Source of the DNA: an uncultured bacterium
GTDB lineage: Bacteria; Fidelibacterota; Marinisomatia; Marinisomatales; TCS56
Assembly (NCBI GenBank): GCA_964410945.1
Contig: CAYPJE010000010.1
Location: 15,128-79,127 of the forward strand
Length of the DNA stretch: 64,000 nt
Direction of reading: 5' to 3'
The notes beneath the pieces are model-generated. The model was given only the letters and a program-made list of their open reading frames with translations, had not been told where the DNA came from and did no database searches. Numbering within the stretch: the first letter of the stretch is position 1; each line of letters begins with the position of its first letter. Made by a program: the position numbers and the translations under genes. This document shows positions 1 through 11,974 of the stretch, in pieces.

Positions 1-122
1 CCCGAATGGACTTCAATTGATTGCAGGATCTGATCGGCGGTGGTTTCAGTCAATGATAATGTTGGCCGCTCGCAGGAGGCTAGGAACATGAATACTGTCA
101 GCAGGAGATATTTGGATTTCAT
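1..122 (-). CDS. 5' part of a lipoprotein, truncated by the window edge
   Basis: Not in the ORF track. ATG at 122 reads MKSKYLLLTVFMFLASCERPTLSLTETTADQILQSIEVHS; LASC lipobox. Confidence 0.7.
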   Translation of the reverse strand, partial: MKSKYLLLTVFMFLASCERPTLSLTETTADQILQSIEVHS

Positions 123-205
123 ATGTGTCACCAGTATCCCCCGCCACAAATTTGAATACGGTTAAGTGCCTTATACCAGGTAAACTCGAATTTGTTCAAC
201 CTGTT

Positions 206-1480
206 TTATAATTCAGTTTTCAGCACTACCACTTCAGCCAACTTTTCCTCCGGAAATATCGATCCGTCAGACTCTGATGATCGTAACTGGCTATTGGCCA
301 GATAATAGAACATACTGTCAACGATTGTTCCGGTTGTGGGTATGATAAAATGGGGATTCCCGTATTCAATTGTCTCAGACTTTAAGACAGTGTCACCGCC
401 GGTATTCAAATAAAACCGGCTAATCCGTGCGAGGCCGTTTTGAACTGCCACCAGTGAATTGTCGTGAAAATATAGCCCGTCAATACCTACGGTGGTGACA
501 TTTTCAGGCTGTTTCAACGGCCGGTAGGTCGCAGATACAATATCTACCAACACCACACCCTGAATAGCTCCAGCCATATAGAATGATTTCTGATCCGGGT
601 GCAGGGCAATGCCATTGGGATAAGTGAAATCACCTGATTGCAGGAATAATTCCAGTTGGTCGTTATCGCGTCGGATACGGTAAATACTGCCGGTGGTTGA
701 ATCGGTGACATAGACATCGCCGTTTTTCAGAATTATTATATCATTGAAAAGATGCTCATGTTCTTCTTCAAATATGGTGTATTTCTTAATCAGTTGTCCG
801 GTTTCAAGGTTGTACTTGAAAATTCCAGCCCAACCCATCTCGGCTGGATCATAGCCACGGTTGTTTGGTGAACTGACCTGACTGCAAACCCACAGTTCCC
901 CACGTTCCGCATCGACCTTCATCCCGGTCACCGGACGGAGGCCATTCTGCCCCTCGGCCGTGAAATCATAATGCAAACCATTCTGATCGACCTTGATTAT
1001 CTTTGATTTATACAGGCTGCCGATGAAAAAGCCGCCATCCAGCGGATTGTATGCCATTCCTTCGGGGATTAAATCCTTCTCCGGGATTGTGAATGCCAGG
1101 TCGCTGCTTGATACAGGCTGGTTTAGGGCTTGTGAGCGTTTCAGCAGTCGTTGGAAATCCGGACGGGATTTCAGGCTGGCAAGGTCCGGATCCTGGTCCG
1201 CGTTGAAGCCGATCCCCATTTGCAGGCTTGACTCCAGTTTTTCCAATGCTGCCTCACCTTTTCCGTTCAAGGCATAAGCGCAGGCCAGGTTGTAGGTGGT
1301 GAAAGGGGAGTTGGGTGCGATTGCATACAACTTTTCCATATATCCCAACCAGGAACCATAATCCTGATTCTGGTAAGCTGTATTGGCTTTCTGGTTCAGT
1401 ACCTGGGGTGTATCAATTTCAGTAGTACAGGCTGTCAGAACCAGTACCAGTGTGATACCAACAATAAAGTCAATTTTCAT
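206..1480 (-). CDS. Lipoprotein with TPR N-terminus and SMP-30/gluconolactonase-like beta-propeller
   Basis: LTAC lipobox; TPR motif YNLACAYALNG; propeller motifs PEGMAY, FNDI, YPNGIAL, GIDGLY. Confidence 0.75.
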   Translation of the reverse strand: MKIDFIVGITLVLVLTACTTEIDTPQVLNQKANTAYQNQDYGSWLGYMEKLYAIAPNSPFTTYNLACAYALNGKGEAALEKLESSLQMGIGFNADQDPDLASLKSRPDFQRLLKRSQALNQPVSSSDLAFTIPEKDLIPEGMAYNPLDGGFFIGSLYKSKIIKVDQNGLHYDFTAEGQNGLRPVTGMKVDAERGELWVCSQVSSPNNRGYDPAEMGWAGIFKYNLETGQLIKKYTIFEEEHEHLFNDIIILKNGDVYVTDSTTGSIYRIRRDNDQLELFLQSGDFTYPNGIALHPDQKSFYMAGAIQGVVLVDIVSATYRPLKQPENVTTVGIDGLYFHDNSLVAVQNGLARISRFYLNTGGDTVLKSETIEYGNPHFIIPTTGTIVDSMFYYLANSQLRSSESDGSIFPEEKLAEVVVLKTEL

Positions 1481-1491
1481 TTCTCCCCTCT

Positions 1492-2133
1492 TTATTTTTC
1501 CACCAGCGGTACAAACCGAACACCAAGAGATCGCCGGGTGGTTAGATTTCCATTTTCATCTTTTCTGAAAATTTCCAGGTTCTGGCAGAAAAGAGAAGAA
1601 CCGACCGGTGCCACCATTCGTCCTCCTGGCGCCAATTGTTCAGTTAGTTGGCTTGGAATTTTCCGGGCCGCTGCAGTGACGAGAATTCTATCAAAAGGCG
1701 CTTCAGCAGGCCAGCCCAGGCGACCATTACCACGGTGAATATCTATATTTGTGTACCCAAGTTCGGTGAGTATCTGCCGCGATTTCTCGACTAATTCCGG
1801 TATTATCTCCAGTGAGATAACTTCCGTAGCCAGGCTGGCCAGAACGGCAGTCTGATAGCCGCAACCGGTTCCGATTTCCAAAACGCGGTGCTGTTGCTCA
1901 ACCTGTAGTAGCTCAGTCATATATGCCACGATATACGGTTGACTGATTGTTTGGTCATAGCCGATGGGCACGGGATGGTCCTCATAGGCAAAGATTTGAT
2001 GTTTTTTATCGACAAATCTATGCCGTGGAATGTTGCGCATCGCATTGAGAACCGTTGGATTCTGAATGCCCCTGCGGATCAATTGGTTATTAACCATCAA
2101 TTCGCGGGCCGCGATTAGGTTGGTGCTTGCCAC
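1492..2133 (-). CDS. pcm: Protein-L-isoaspartate(D-aspartate) O-methyltransferase
   Basis: QTISQPYIVA, VLEIGTGCGYQTA, APFDRILVTAAA, VRFVPLV. GTG 2133 preferred because the track start (2181) abuts the divergent ATG. Confidence 0.95.
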   Translation of the reverse strand: MASTNLIAARELMVNNQLIRRGIQNPTVLNAMRNIPRHRFVDKKHQIFAYEDHPVPIGYDQTISQPYIVAYMTELLQVEQQHRVLEIGTGCGYQTAVLASLATEVISLEIIPELVEKSRQILTELGYTNIDIHRGNGRLGWPAEAPFDRILVTAAARKIPSQLTEQLAPGGRMVAPVGSSLFCQNLEIFRKDENGNLTTRRSLGVRFVPLVEK

Positions 2134-2181
2134 TGAGCGATATCCTGGTAAACTTCCTGGGTCTAATTTAAGGAAATTCAA

Positions 2182-3387
2182 ATGCGAAGATTGCGGTTGT
2201 TGTTAATTATTCTGCTTGGATTTGCCACAGGCCAGGAAAACCGGCCTTATGTATTGATGGTATCCTTCGATGCCTTTAAGCCAGATTACCTCCAATGGGT
2301 TGAAACACCCAATTTCAACCGCCTGGCCCGGCAGGGTGTGAAAGCAAAAAGCCTGAAGCCGGTATTCCCGTCCAAAACATTCCCAAATCACTATTCACTG
2401 GCGACGGGGATGTACGCCGAACACCATGGCCTGATTGCCAATACCTTTTATGATTTTGAATTCGATGCTGTCTATCGTATCAGTGACCGTGATGCAGTGG
2501 AGAATCCCCGCTGGTACGGGGGAGAACCAATCTGGGTAACAGCTGAAAAACAGGGTGTTAAAACAGCTTCATATTTCTGGGTCGGTTCGGAGGCACCCAT
2601 TGGTGGGGTAATGCCATCAATCTCCAAAAGATATGAGCATGATTTTCCGTTTGAAGCACGGGTTGATTCGGTCCTGACCTGGTTTCAGCTTCCAGTCGAG
2701 CAGCGGCCGCAACTGGTACTGTTGTATTTCCACGATCCTGATGCAGTGAGCCATAGTTATGGACCACAGGGAGCGGAGACCTGGAAAGTGGTTGGCGAAC
2801 TGGATCAGCTTCTGGGGAAACTTATAAAGGGGTTGGAGCAACTGGATATTTATAGTCAACTGAACCTGATTGTTTTAAGTGACCACGGAATGACAGCTAC
2901 ATCTCCCGAGCGAGTAATCGATTTAACGGCCTATGCCGATTTGGATGGTATCCGGCAGGAAGGCGATGGCCCCTTTTCATTTCTGTATAATGGGTCCAAA
3001 AAACAGTTGATTAAAGTTTATAACCAACTGAAGAAAGCCCCCCATTTACAGGTATATTGGAAAAATGAAATACCCGAACACTGGCATTATCGGGATAATA
3101 AGCGGATTAAAGATATGCTGGTGGTGGCTGAAGACGGGTGGTCGATTCTTGATATCAATCGTCCGAATTCCAGTTATTTCAGTGGCGGGAATCATGGCTA
3201 TGACAATGATCTGTGGAGTATGCAGGCTCTGTTTATCGCCGATGGCCCGGCCTTTAAGGATGGTTATGTCTGTGACACCTTTGAAAACGTGAATGTTTAC
3301 CCGATAATAACTGAAATCCTTGGCCTGGAACCATTCCCGGAAATTGACGGTAATGTTGAAAATGTCCGGGATATTTTCAGAGAGTAG
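2182..3387 (+). CDS. Ectonucleotide pyrophosphatase/phosphodiesterase (alkaline phosphatase superfamily)
   Basis: VSFD, PSKTFPNHYSLATG, GGEPIWVTA, SDHGM, GNHGYDN; signal peptide. Confidence 0.9.
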   Translation: MRRLRLLLIILLGFATGQENRPYVLMVSFDAFKPDYLQWVETPNFNRLARQGVKAKSLKPVFPSKTFPNHYSLATGMYAEHHGLIANTFYDFEFDAVYRISDRDAVENPRWYGGEPIWVTAEKQGVKTASYFWVGSEAPIGGVMPSISKRYEHDFPFEARVDSVLTWFQLPVEQRPQLVLLYFHDPDAVSHSYGPQGAETWKVVGELDQLLGKLIKGLEQLDIYSQLNLIVLSDHGMTATSPERVIDLTAYADLDGIRQEGDGPFSFLYNGSKKQLIKVYNQLKKAPHLQVYWKNEIPEHWHYRDNKRIKDMLVVAEDGWSILDINRPNSSYFSGGNHGYDNDLWSMQALFIADGPAFKDGYVCDTFENVNVYPIITEILGLEPFPEIDGNVENVRDIFRE

Positions 3388-3454
3388 GATCTCTCAAGGG
3401 ATCGCCCTTAAGAGGTGAGGATATTTGAACCTTGCGTCAGTGGATAACCGAAAT

Positions 3455-4969
3455 CTACCAGAACCGGCTCATCTCCGCCAACGACGGGGTTTTCAATGGT
3501 GAGTCAAACATCAGGAAGCGGATTCCGATATTGAAATATAGTCCGGCGGCATCGATTCCCGGTGCCCCCCGGTGATCCCATTCAGCGCTGTAATATTCGG
3601 TTTCATCATCCTCTTCTTCCGAGTAGCGCCATTTGCTCAACTGCGAAGATGGGCTCCAGGCTACGGTGGCTACCAGATCCAAATTTGATTTCAGCATGAT
3701 TTCCGCCCGTCCGCCGACAGCCGGATTAAACAACACCGAGGTGACTGAATTGGCATCTTCCGCGTCATCGCGCTTGAAAACAATGCTGGCTGGAAAAATA
3801 ATCACTGGTGACAGGGAAAAGGGAACGGTATTTATCATCCGGTAAGCAAAATCCAGTCCGAAGCGCAGGCTGAAATCGGTTTCCTCGCGGCTGTCCTGAA
3901 AGGTTCCCAGTCCGATTGTCAGGGCACAGTCCATCCGTCCCATAGGATTAATATAACCGATGAAATCCAGGCCCATCTCCGGGCTTTGGGTTCCATAGCG
4001 CAGGGACATTCCACCGGCTTGAATCCTTCCCGTTGATTCCACAGCCGTGAAGCCCGGTTCAATCGGTTCCCAGTTACGCAGAATCATTCCCCGGTTGGCA
4101 TCCTGACTCAGTTCGGTTACTTTCACAAATCCAACCCGGCGTCCGGGAATATCAATTTCATAATCTCCAACAGTACGCTTGGTGGAAGGAGAACTGATGG
4201 CAAACATCGTACCCTTCCTGAGTCCCAGGTTGCGTCCCAACAGCAGAATCACTTCCCGCCCGCGGACATCCAGAACCTGGCTGGTCAGAAGATACATTTC
4301 TTTCAGTTCCATCGATGTCTGCAGCGCGATTTGATTAAGGGCCTTCCGCAGGGATTCACCCTTATTACCACCGGTGTGTGAAATATTGATTGTGAAAGAA
4401 CTTAACGATTGTCCGGTCTCAAGATTAATCTTACGCACATCGCCCCGGACCACGGTCTGAATATTATTAGGGTAGCGCTCAACATCTTCCATGGCCTTAT
4501 CGATGGCGGCATCAACAATACTTTTCGCTATCTCGCCTAACAGGCCACCATCATCGTCATCGTCGTCCTCATCCTCGTCGTCTTCCGGCGGGACACCTTT
4601 CTGGTTGAAACTATAAACATTGACCAGCAGGGCCTCCTGGGCCGAAGCGATCTTACCGATCTCAACTACGTCGGAGTCGTTGATAATCCCCGATAACTGC
4701 AGAGCCTGCTCATTCATTATAGATTCCAGCATGTTGCGGTCGATGATCTCAAAGCGTCCCAAGCGGGTGGCTTCGCTGGCAACCACACCGGTTACCTGGC
4801 TGGCAATTGATTCATTGTTATCGCCTTCACTGACCGGCAGGATCAACAGGCGCTGTTTTTCCGTGGTAATCTCCTGTGCGGTCAGCAGCAGGGGCAGAAA
4901 TAGAATTAATGGTCGCAATACTTTTTTCATGGTTTGGTATCCCCAGAATATAACAGAATTTAACTCCAC
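3455..4969 (-). CDS. Exported protein: CsgG/TolB-N-like domain, FlgT_C-like domain, probable C-terminal beta-barrel
   Basis: RFEIIDRNMLESIMNEQALQLSG; poly-Asp insert; VILLLGRNLGLRKGTMF; amphipathic strands ending GLYFNIGIRF. True start probably MKKVLRP (about 4930). Confidence 0.6.
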   Translation of the reverse strand: MELNSVIFWGYQTMKKVLRPLILFLPLLLTAQEITTEKQRLLILPVSEGDNNESIASQVTGVVASEATRLGRFEIIDRNMLESIMNEQALQLSGIINDSDVVEIGKIASAQEALLVNVYSFNQKGVPPEDDEDEDDDDDDGGLLGEIAKSIVDAAIDKAMEDVERYPNNIQTVVRGDVRKINLETGQSLSSFTINISHTGGNKGESLRKALNQIALQTSMELKEMYLLTSQVLDVRGREVILLLGRNLGLRKGTMFAISSPSTKRTVGDYEIDIPGRRVGFVKVTELSQDANRGMILRNWEPIEPGFTAVESTGRIQAGGMSLRYGTQSPEMGLDFIGYINPMGRMDCALTIGLGTFQDSREETDFSLRFGLDFAYRMINTVPFSLSPVIIFPASIVFKRDDAEDANSVTSVLFNPAVGGRAEIMLKSNLDLVATVAWSPSSQLSKWRYSEEEDDETEYYSAEWDHRGAPGIDAAGLYFNIGIRFLMFDSPLKTPSLAEMSRFW

Positions 4970-5040
4970 CGATTAAATTACTGGTAATTATCTCAACAGC
5001 CGGTGACGATACTGGCCGTAATTGTGACTTGATTCACAAT

Positions 5041-5814
5041 TTACTGTTTGATCTTACGGCCACTGTGCATGACCAGAATGGCGGCTGTACTGAATACAAT
5101 TGTGAGTATAAATGCCATTATGAAACTGATTACCGGTGGAGAATCATAAACTCCAATTGTGGTGAAGCGGATACCATTAATCATATAATAGATCGGGTTG
5201 ACCATGCTGATGGTCTGGGCCCAGCCTGGCAGCATGGTAATGGAATAGAAAATTCCACCCAGAAAACTCAACGGCGTCAGGAAGAAATTATTTAGCATAG
5301 CCAATTGGTCCCAGGTGTCAGCCAATTGTCCCAGCAGCAATCCCATACTGGCAAAACACCAGGAAACCATGAGAATAAACCCGATCGTCATCAATGGATG
5401 CTGAACCGGCAGGCCAACCAGCAAAATACCCAGCAGCATCACCAGAATTCCGTTGACCAGGCCACGGACCGTCCCGCCAATTATGTAAGCCAGACTCAGT
5501 TCCAGGCTGGACAGGGGAGCCGTCAGTATATCCGGCAATTGCTGGAGAAGTTTCATCTGCAGCATCGATGATGATGTATTGGCGCTGGCATTGGTCAATG
5601 TATTCATCATTATCAGGCCAGGGATTATGAAAATCGTATAACTGACGCCACCGATCTCCGAGATGCGTTGCTGAAGGGTAAATCCGAAAACCAGGATGTA
5701 GAGGGTGGAAGATATCAATCCTGGCACAACGGTCTGACGGTAAACAGCAAAGAAACGTCCTACTTCCCGCTGGACCAGTGTCCACAGCCCGATCCAGTTT
5801 ACTCGCCCCGTCAT
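5041..5814 (-). CDS. ABC-2 type transporter permease (YadH-like)
   Basis: About 6 hydrophobic segments; FIIPGLIMM, LTPLSFLGGIFYSI, NPIYYMINGIR. Confidence 0.9.
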   Translation of the reverse strand: MTGRVNWIGLWTLVQREVGRFFAVYRQTVVPGLISSTLYILVFGFTLQQRISEIGGVSYTIFIIPGLIMMNTLTNASANTSSSMLQMKLLQQLPDILTAPLSSLELSLAYIIGGTVRGLVNGILVMLLGILLVGLPVQHPLMTIGFILMVSWCFASMGLLLGQLADTWDQLAMLNNFFLTPLSFLGGIFYSITMLPGWAQTISMVNPIYYMINGIRFTTIGVYDSPPVISFIMAFILTIVFSTAAILVMHSGRKIKQ

Positions 5815-6740
5815 TCGTTGATGCCCTTCCCGGTCAGCGAAAGGAATACATCCTCCAGGGATGATTTTTCTGTTTCAATGCGGTGAATATGGCAGCCTTT
5901 TTCCACCAGAATCCGGATGATTCCAGGCAGGGCCTGTTCCGGTTCGCGCATGGTGAAGTGCAGACGACCGTTTTCACAGTTTGTGCAGGTGTATTTTTCC
6001 AGCAGCTTCGGTAAATCATCATGCCAGCCGGAAAGATGGATTGTGACCCCGGAACGGCCCAGCTCGCGCGTAAGTTGATCGGGCTGGCCTTCCTTGATGA
6101 TTTTGCCCTGGTTAATAATACCCACTTCTTCGCACAGGAGTTCAGCTTCTTCGATATAGTGAGTGGTAAGCAGGATGGTTTTCCCTTGCTGGTGCATCTC
6201 ACGCAGGTAATTCCACAGTTCGTGGCGCAGTTCAACATCAACACCGGCAGTCGGTTCATCCAGGATTATTATTTCCGGGTCATGTACCAGTGCTTTAGCC
6301 AGCTGGTAGCGGCGTTTCATACCACCGGATAGCTGCCGGAGACGTGAATTACGTTTTTCAATCAATCCCAACCGGGTTAATAATTCCTCGATCCGTGATT
6401 TCGATTTCGAGCGGGAAATACCATAATAACCGGCCTGAAACTGCAGGAGTTTTTCAATGGGAAAAAACCAGTCGGCCGGTAATTCCTGGGCGGCGATTCC
6501 CACCTTCGACCGGGTGAAGCGGAAACCTTTGATCGTATCGTGACCGAAAATTCTGGTGCTGCCTTCACCGCGGCGGACCAGTCCGGTAAGGATGTTAATT
6601 GTGGTGGTCTTGCCGGCCCCGTTGGGACCAAGCAGGCCATAGAACTGACCTTCTTCAATGGTGATATCAACCCCATTCAGAGCCTGCACATCACCGTAGC
6701 GTTTGGTCAGTCCTGATATTTCAATTGCCGGGTGGTTCAC
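5811..6740 (-). CDS. ABC transporter ATP-binding protein (YadG-like)
   Basis: GPNGAGKTT, LSGGMKRR, ILDEPTAGVD, LTTHY. Likely GTG start at 6740. Confidence 0.92.
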   Translation of the reverse strand: MNHPAIEISGLTKRYGDVQALNGVDITIEEGQFYGLLGPNGAGKTTTINILTGLVRRGEGSTRIFGHDTIKGFRFTRSKVGIAAQELPADWFFPIEKLLQFQAGYYGISRSKSKSRIEELLTRLGLIEKRNSRLRQLSGGMKRRYQLAKALVHDPEIIILDEPTAGVDVELRHELWNYLREMHQQGKTILLTTHYIEEAELLCEEVGIINQGKIIKEGQPDQLTRELGRSGVTIHLSGWHDDLPKLLEKYTCTNCENGRLHFTMREPEQALPGIIRILVEKGCHIHRIETEKSSLEDVFLSLTGKGINE

Positions 6741-7071
6741 TGTCCAGTTCGAATCCGATATGTTGTTCAAAAGGACTGGGAAAGTCAAAACCCTCTACGT
6801 CGGGGAAATGCACCACAGACATAATAAAACCCCATGGTATCAACACCGAAGAGACAACGGTTTGGAATACCGGTTTTTTGCCTTTGGCTGGCAGTTTCGG
6901 GATTTTCAGACCGGGGTGTTCTACCCACAAGCCATATTCGTCGTACCCTTTTACCCGCATATATATCGACTTCTGATTAAGTCCCAGATCCTGGAGCGGG
7001 TCGGTGTTTTCCAGAATCAGCAGGACAATATCACCTACTGTATCTTCAATTTTCATCATAGGTCTATCCAT
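6721..7071 (-). CDS. Hypothetical protein, possibly Sm/LSm-like fold
   Basis: 116-aa ORF overlapping the ABC ATPase start; VKGYDEYGLWVE and VLIPWGFIMSV. Confidence 0.65.
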   Translation of the reverse strand: MDRPMMKIEDTVGDIVLLILENTDPLQDLGLNQKSIYMRVKGYDEYGLWVEHPGLKIPKLPAKGKKPVFQTVVSSVLIPWGFIMSVVHFPDVEGFDFPSPFEQHIGFELDSEPPGN

Positions 7072-7191
7072 AACATAATAAATTGGATAACCAATTTAGC
7101 TTCATCCACTTTCATTAATCATGTAAAATAACACCACTAAATTCTAGCAGTTGAAAATAGTTTCCCACTTAATCCGGGAAGGAGTACCAGG

Positions 7192-7761
7192 ATGTTGAAA
7201 AGAGCACTAATTGTTATCAGTATTTTTACCTGTTTGGCCTGGGGTGCCGATGTTTCGGTCATAATAACAGAGAAAACAGTAAATGATTTCCTGGCTGCTG
7301 TTGGGCCAGTCTCCGGCAAAGGTGAGAGCAAGGGTGTCAAATATAAATGGAAGGTGAAGAAATCCAGTATCGATTTCGAGGCTGGATCGGCTGCCTTTGA
7401 TGCCACGGTCGATTTGAATGCCGGTGTCTTTAAAACCAGCGATAAAGTACACAGCAAGGTAAATGTGACCTTCGATGCTGCGACCAATAAGATCAAAATG
7501 GAAGTGGAAGAAGCGATCTTTAAAATTTATATCAAGCTGATGGGTAAGAAAATCAAGGTGGGGCAGGTTGATATAGCTAAATATTATAAGCCGGAATTTG
7601 AATTCAACGGTCCTCAGCCGGTTCAAAAAGAAGTTGTGGTGCAAACCTCGAAAAAGAAAACCAGGGCCATTGCCGTATCTACGGTTGGGCAGGAGCTGGT
7701 ACTGGAAAAGGATCAGGTTCGGGTCTCGGTTGACCTGGCCTATGTCGGAGCTGATCAGTAA
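7192..7761 (+). CDS. Secreted hypothetical protein
   Basis: AGGAG RBS; signal peptide ending CLAWG; Lys-rich, beta-rich mature part. Confidence 0.8.
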   Translation: MLKRALIVISIFTCLAWGADVSVIITEKTVNDFLAAVGPVSGKGESKGVKYKWKVKKSSIDFEAGSAAFDATVDLNAGVFKTSDKVHSKVNVTFDAATNKIKMEVEEAIFKIYIKLMGKKIKVGQVDIAKYYKPEFEFNGPQPVQKEVVVQTSKKKTRAIAVSTVGQELVLEKDQVRVSVDLAYVGADQ

Positions 7762-7849
7762 TTGCGTCAGATCACATCGGTGAATCAGCAGGCGGTCTGA
7801 CATTGCAGGGATTGTTGCCCGGGGCTAAGTTCCCCGGCGTTATGATTGG

Positions 7850-8908
7850 ATGGGAATGAAGAATTTTATTACATTAATTATTATTTTTATTGGTATCCTG
7901 TCAGGGCAGCCGGAAACTGTGGCCAAAACCGGGCCAGCCGGTCAGATGCCGATTGCTGTTCTTACCCTGGAAGGACGTGGTATTTCCAGCCAGGAGGCCG
8001 ACATTTTAACCGAACGGATGCGCTCGGTCCTGGTTCAGGATGGCCGCTACCAGGTAGTGGAACGGTCCCAGATGGATGTAATCCTGGAAGAGCAGGGTTT
8101 TCAGCTCAGTGGTTGTGTCAGCAACGAATGTCTGGTACAGGCCGGATTGATCCTAGGTGTCCAGCAAATGGTTGGCGGCACTGTCGGTCTGATCGGGGAC
8201 AGCTATGCCCTTGATATCCGCCTGTTCGATGTGGAATCCTCGCGTATCCTTATGGCGGTGACTCGCAATTATTCCGGTCCTGTCGACGGATTGTTGTCTG
8301 AAGTCGGTGCTGTGGCCCGGGAAATATCCGGTGCCGACCCGGTCCCGGCAAAACCGGTACATACCCCCGGCTTAATCACCGAACAATCCCTGGAACATGG
8401 CCTGGCAGTGATGGAAGAAGCATTTGAAACAGTTGGTGATGTTATCGATACCACGGCGCACCATGTGGCAAAGATGTTAAAACCGCGGGAGAAGGACCCG
8501 GATATCGCACGCGGCAAGACCCGGGGTAAACTGGATGCCCAGGACTACAATAATCGTTTTATCTGGTTTCTGCCGACCGTAGTGGCCTCCGGAACAGTTT
8601 TGTACAGTTACGGTGAGGAGAAACTGGAAGACCAGATCGGTGCCGGTCTGATCGCCGGGATTGCAACCAAATGGATTGTCAATCTCATTGCCGGTGACCC
8701 GCGCCTGCCTGATCATCTGGTGAAAAAAATTGAATCTGAGTCGATCGTTTTCCAGGATAATTACCGCCGCTCATGGCAAAAGGAAGTGCGTAAGATTCGT
8801 TCCAATCGGGCCGATTCGGGATGTATTCTTGGAATTGCGGTCGGTTATACGGCCCTGAATTCTGATGATGAAAATATGCCCTGGAACCGGGGCAGGCAGG
8901 GTAACTAG
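7850..8908 (+). CDS. CsgG/HfaB (TolB-N-like) domain protein with hydrophobic C-terminus
   Basis: IAVLTLEGRGIS..VVERSQMDVILEEQGFQLSGCVSNEC; signal peptide. Confidence 0.75.
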   Translation: MGMKNFITLIIIFIGILSGQPETVAKTGPAGQMPIAVLTLEGRGISSQEADILTERMRSVLVQDGRYQVVERSQMDVILEEQGFQLSGCVSNECLVQAGLILGVQQMVGGTVGLIGDSYALDIRLFDVESSRILMAVTRNYSGPVDGLLSEVGAVAREISGADPVPAKPVHTPGLITEQSLEHGLAVMEEAFETVGDVIDTTAHHVAKMLKPREKDPDIARGKTRGKLDAQDYNNRFIWFLPTVVASGTVLYSYGEEKLEDQIGAGLIAGIATKWIVNLIAGDPRLPDHLVKKIESESIVFQDNYRRSWQKEVRKIRSNRADSGCILGIAVGYTALNSDDENMPWNRGRQGN

Positions 8909-8909
8909 A

Positions 8910-9524
8910 CTAGATGTTATATTCGATCCCGATCCGTAGAGTTGGGGTCGGGGAACCTGATGCGCTGCCCTGAGCCGGGAATTGCCGGTCAATGGCGACA
9001 CCAAGCACTCCTCCGATTATCAACCCGGCCAGAACATCACCCAGATAATGATTTCCCACGTAGATCTGGCTATAGCCGGATATCAATGCGTATCCCGCCA
9101 GTGGTATGACGTATTCGGGATATCGATGGGCCAATGCTGCCGCCCAGGCCGCGGACGAAGCTGTATGTCCCGACGGAAAGGATGGTGTGATCCTGGTGTT
9201 CCACAAACGAGGTTGATAATTCCGTGGTGGGCGCGGGCGGTCAATCAAATATTTTAATCCCAGTGTAATCAGATTGGTTGACAGATAGGCCAGCGATGTG
9301 GATTTGAAGGCGGTTTTATTGCCAACCGCGAGCTGGTTCACAACAGTACCGACTTCAATGCCCGGTGAAATCAGGGTAAATGATTCGATTCCATAATCGA
9401 TGAGCAAACGTGAATTGTCAGCCTGGATCCAGGAGGTGAAGTTGTAATCTGTTGCGGCCAGTGTACCTGGTTGTGCTGTCAGCCTTAAAATGAAAATAAC
9501 AGTAATGAGGCCAAGCTGTTTCAA
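8910..9524 (-). CDS. PAP2 family phosphatase
   Basis: K..IDRPRP, SFPSGH, SQIYVGNHYLGDV. Confidence 0.9.
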   Translation of the reverse strand: MKQLGLITVIFILRLTAQPGTLAATDYNFTSWIQADNSRLLIDYGIESFTLISPGIEVGTVVNQLAVGNKTAFKSTSLAYLSTNLITLGLKYLIDRPRPPRNYQPRLWNTRITPSFPSGHTASSAAWAAALAHRYPEYVIPLAGYALISGYSQIYVGNHYLGDVLAGLIIGGVLGVAIDRQFPAQGSASGSPTPTLRIGIEYNI

Positions 9525-9525
9525 A

Positions 9526-11948
<2,423 letters not shown>

Positions 11949-11974
11949 CAGAGCGATGAATGACAGGCCGTGCT

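Noticed and set aside
7207-7803. 198-aa - strand ORF
   Set aside because: Opposite 7192..7761, which has an RBS and a signal peptide
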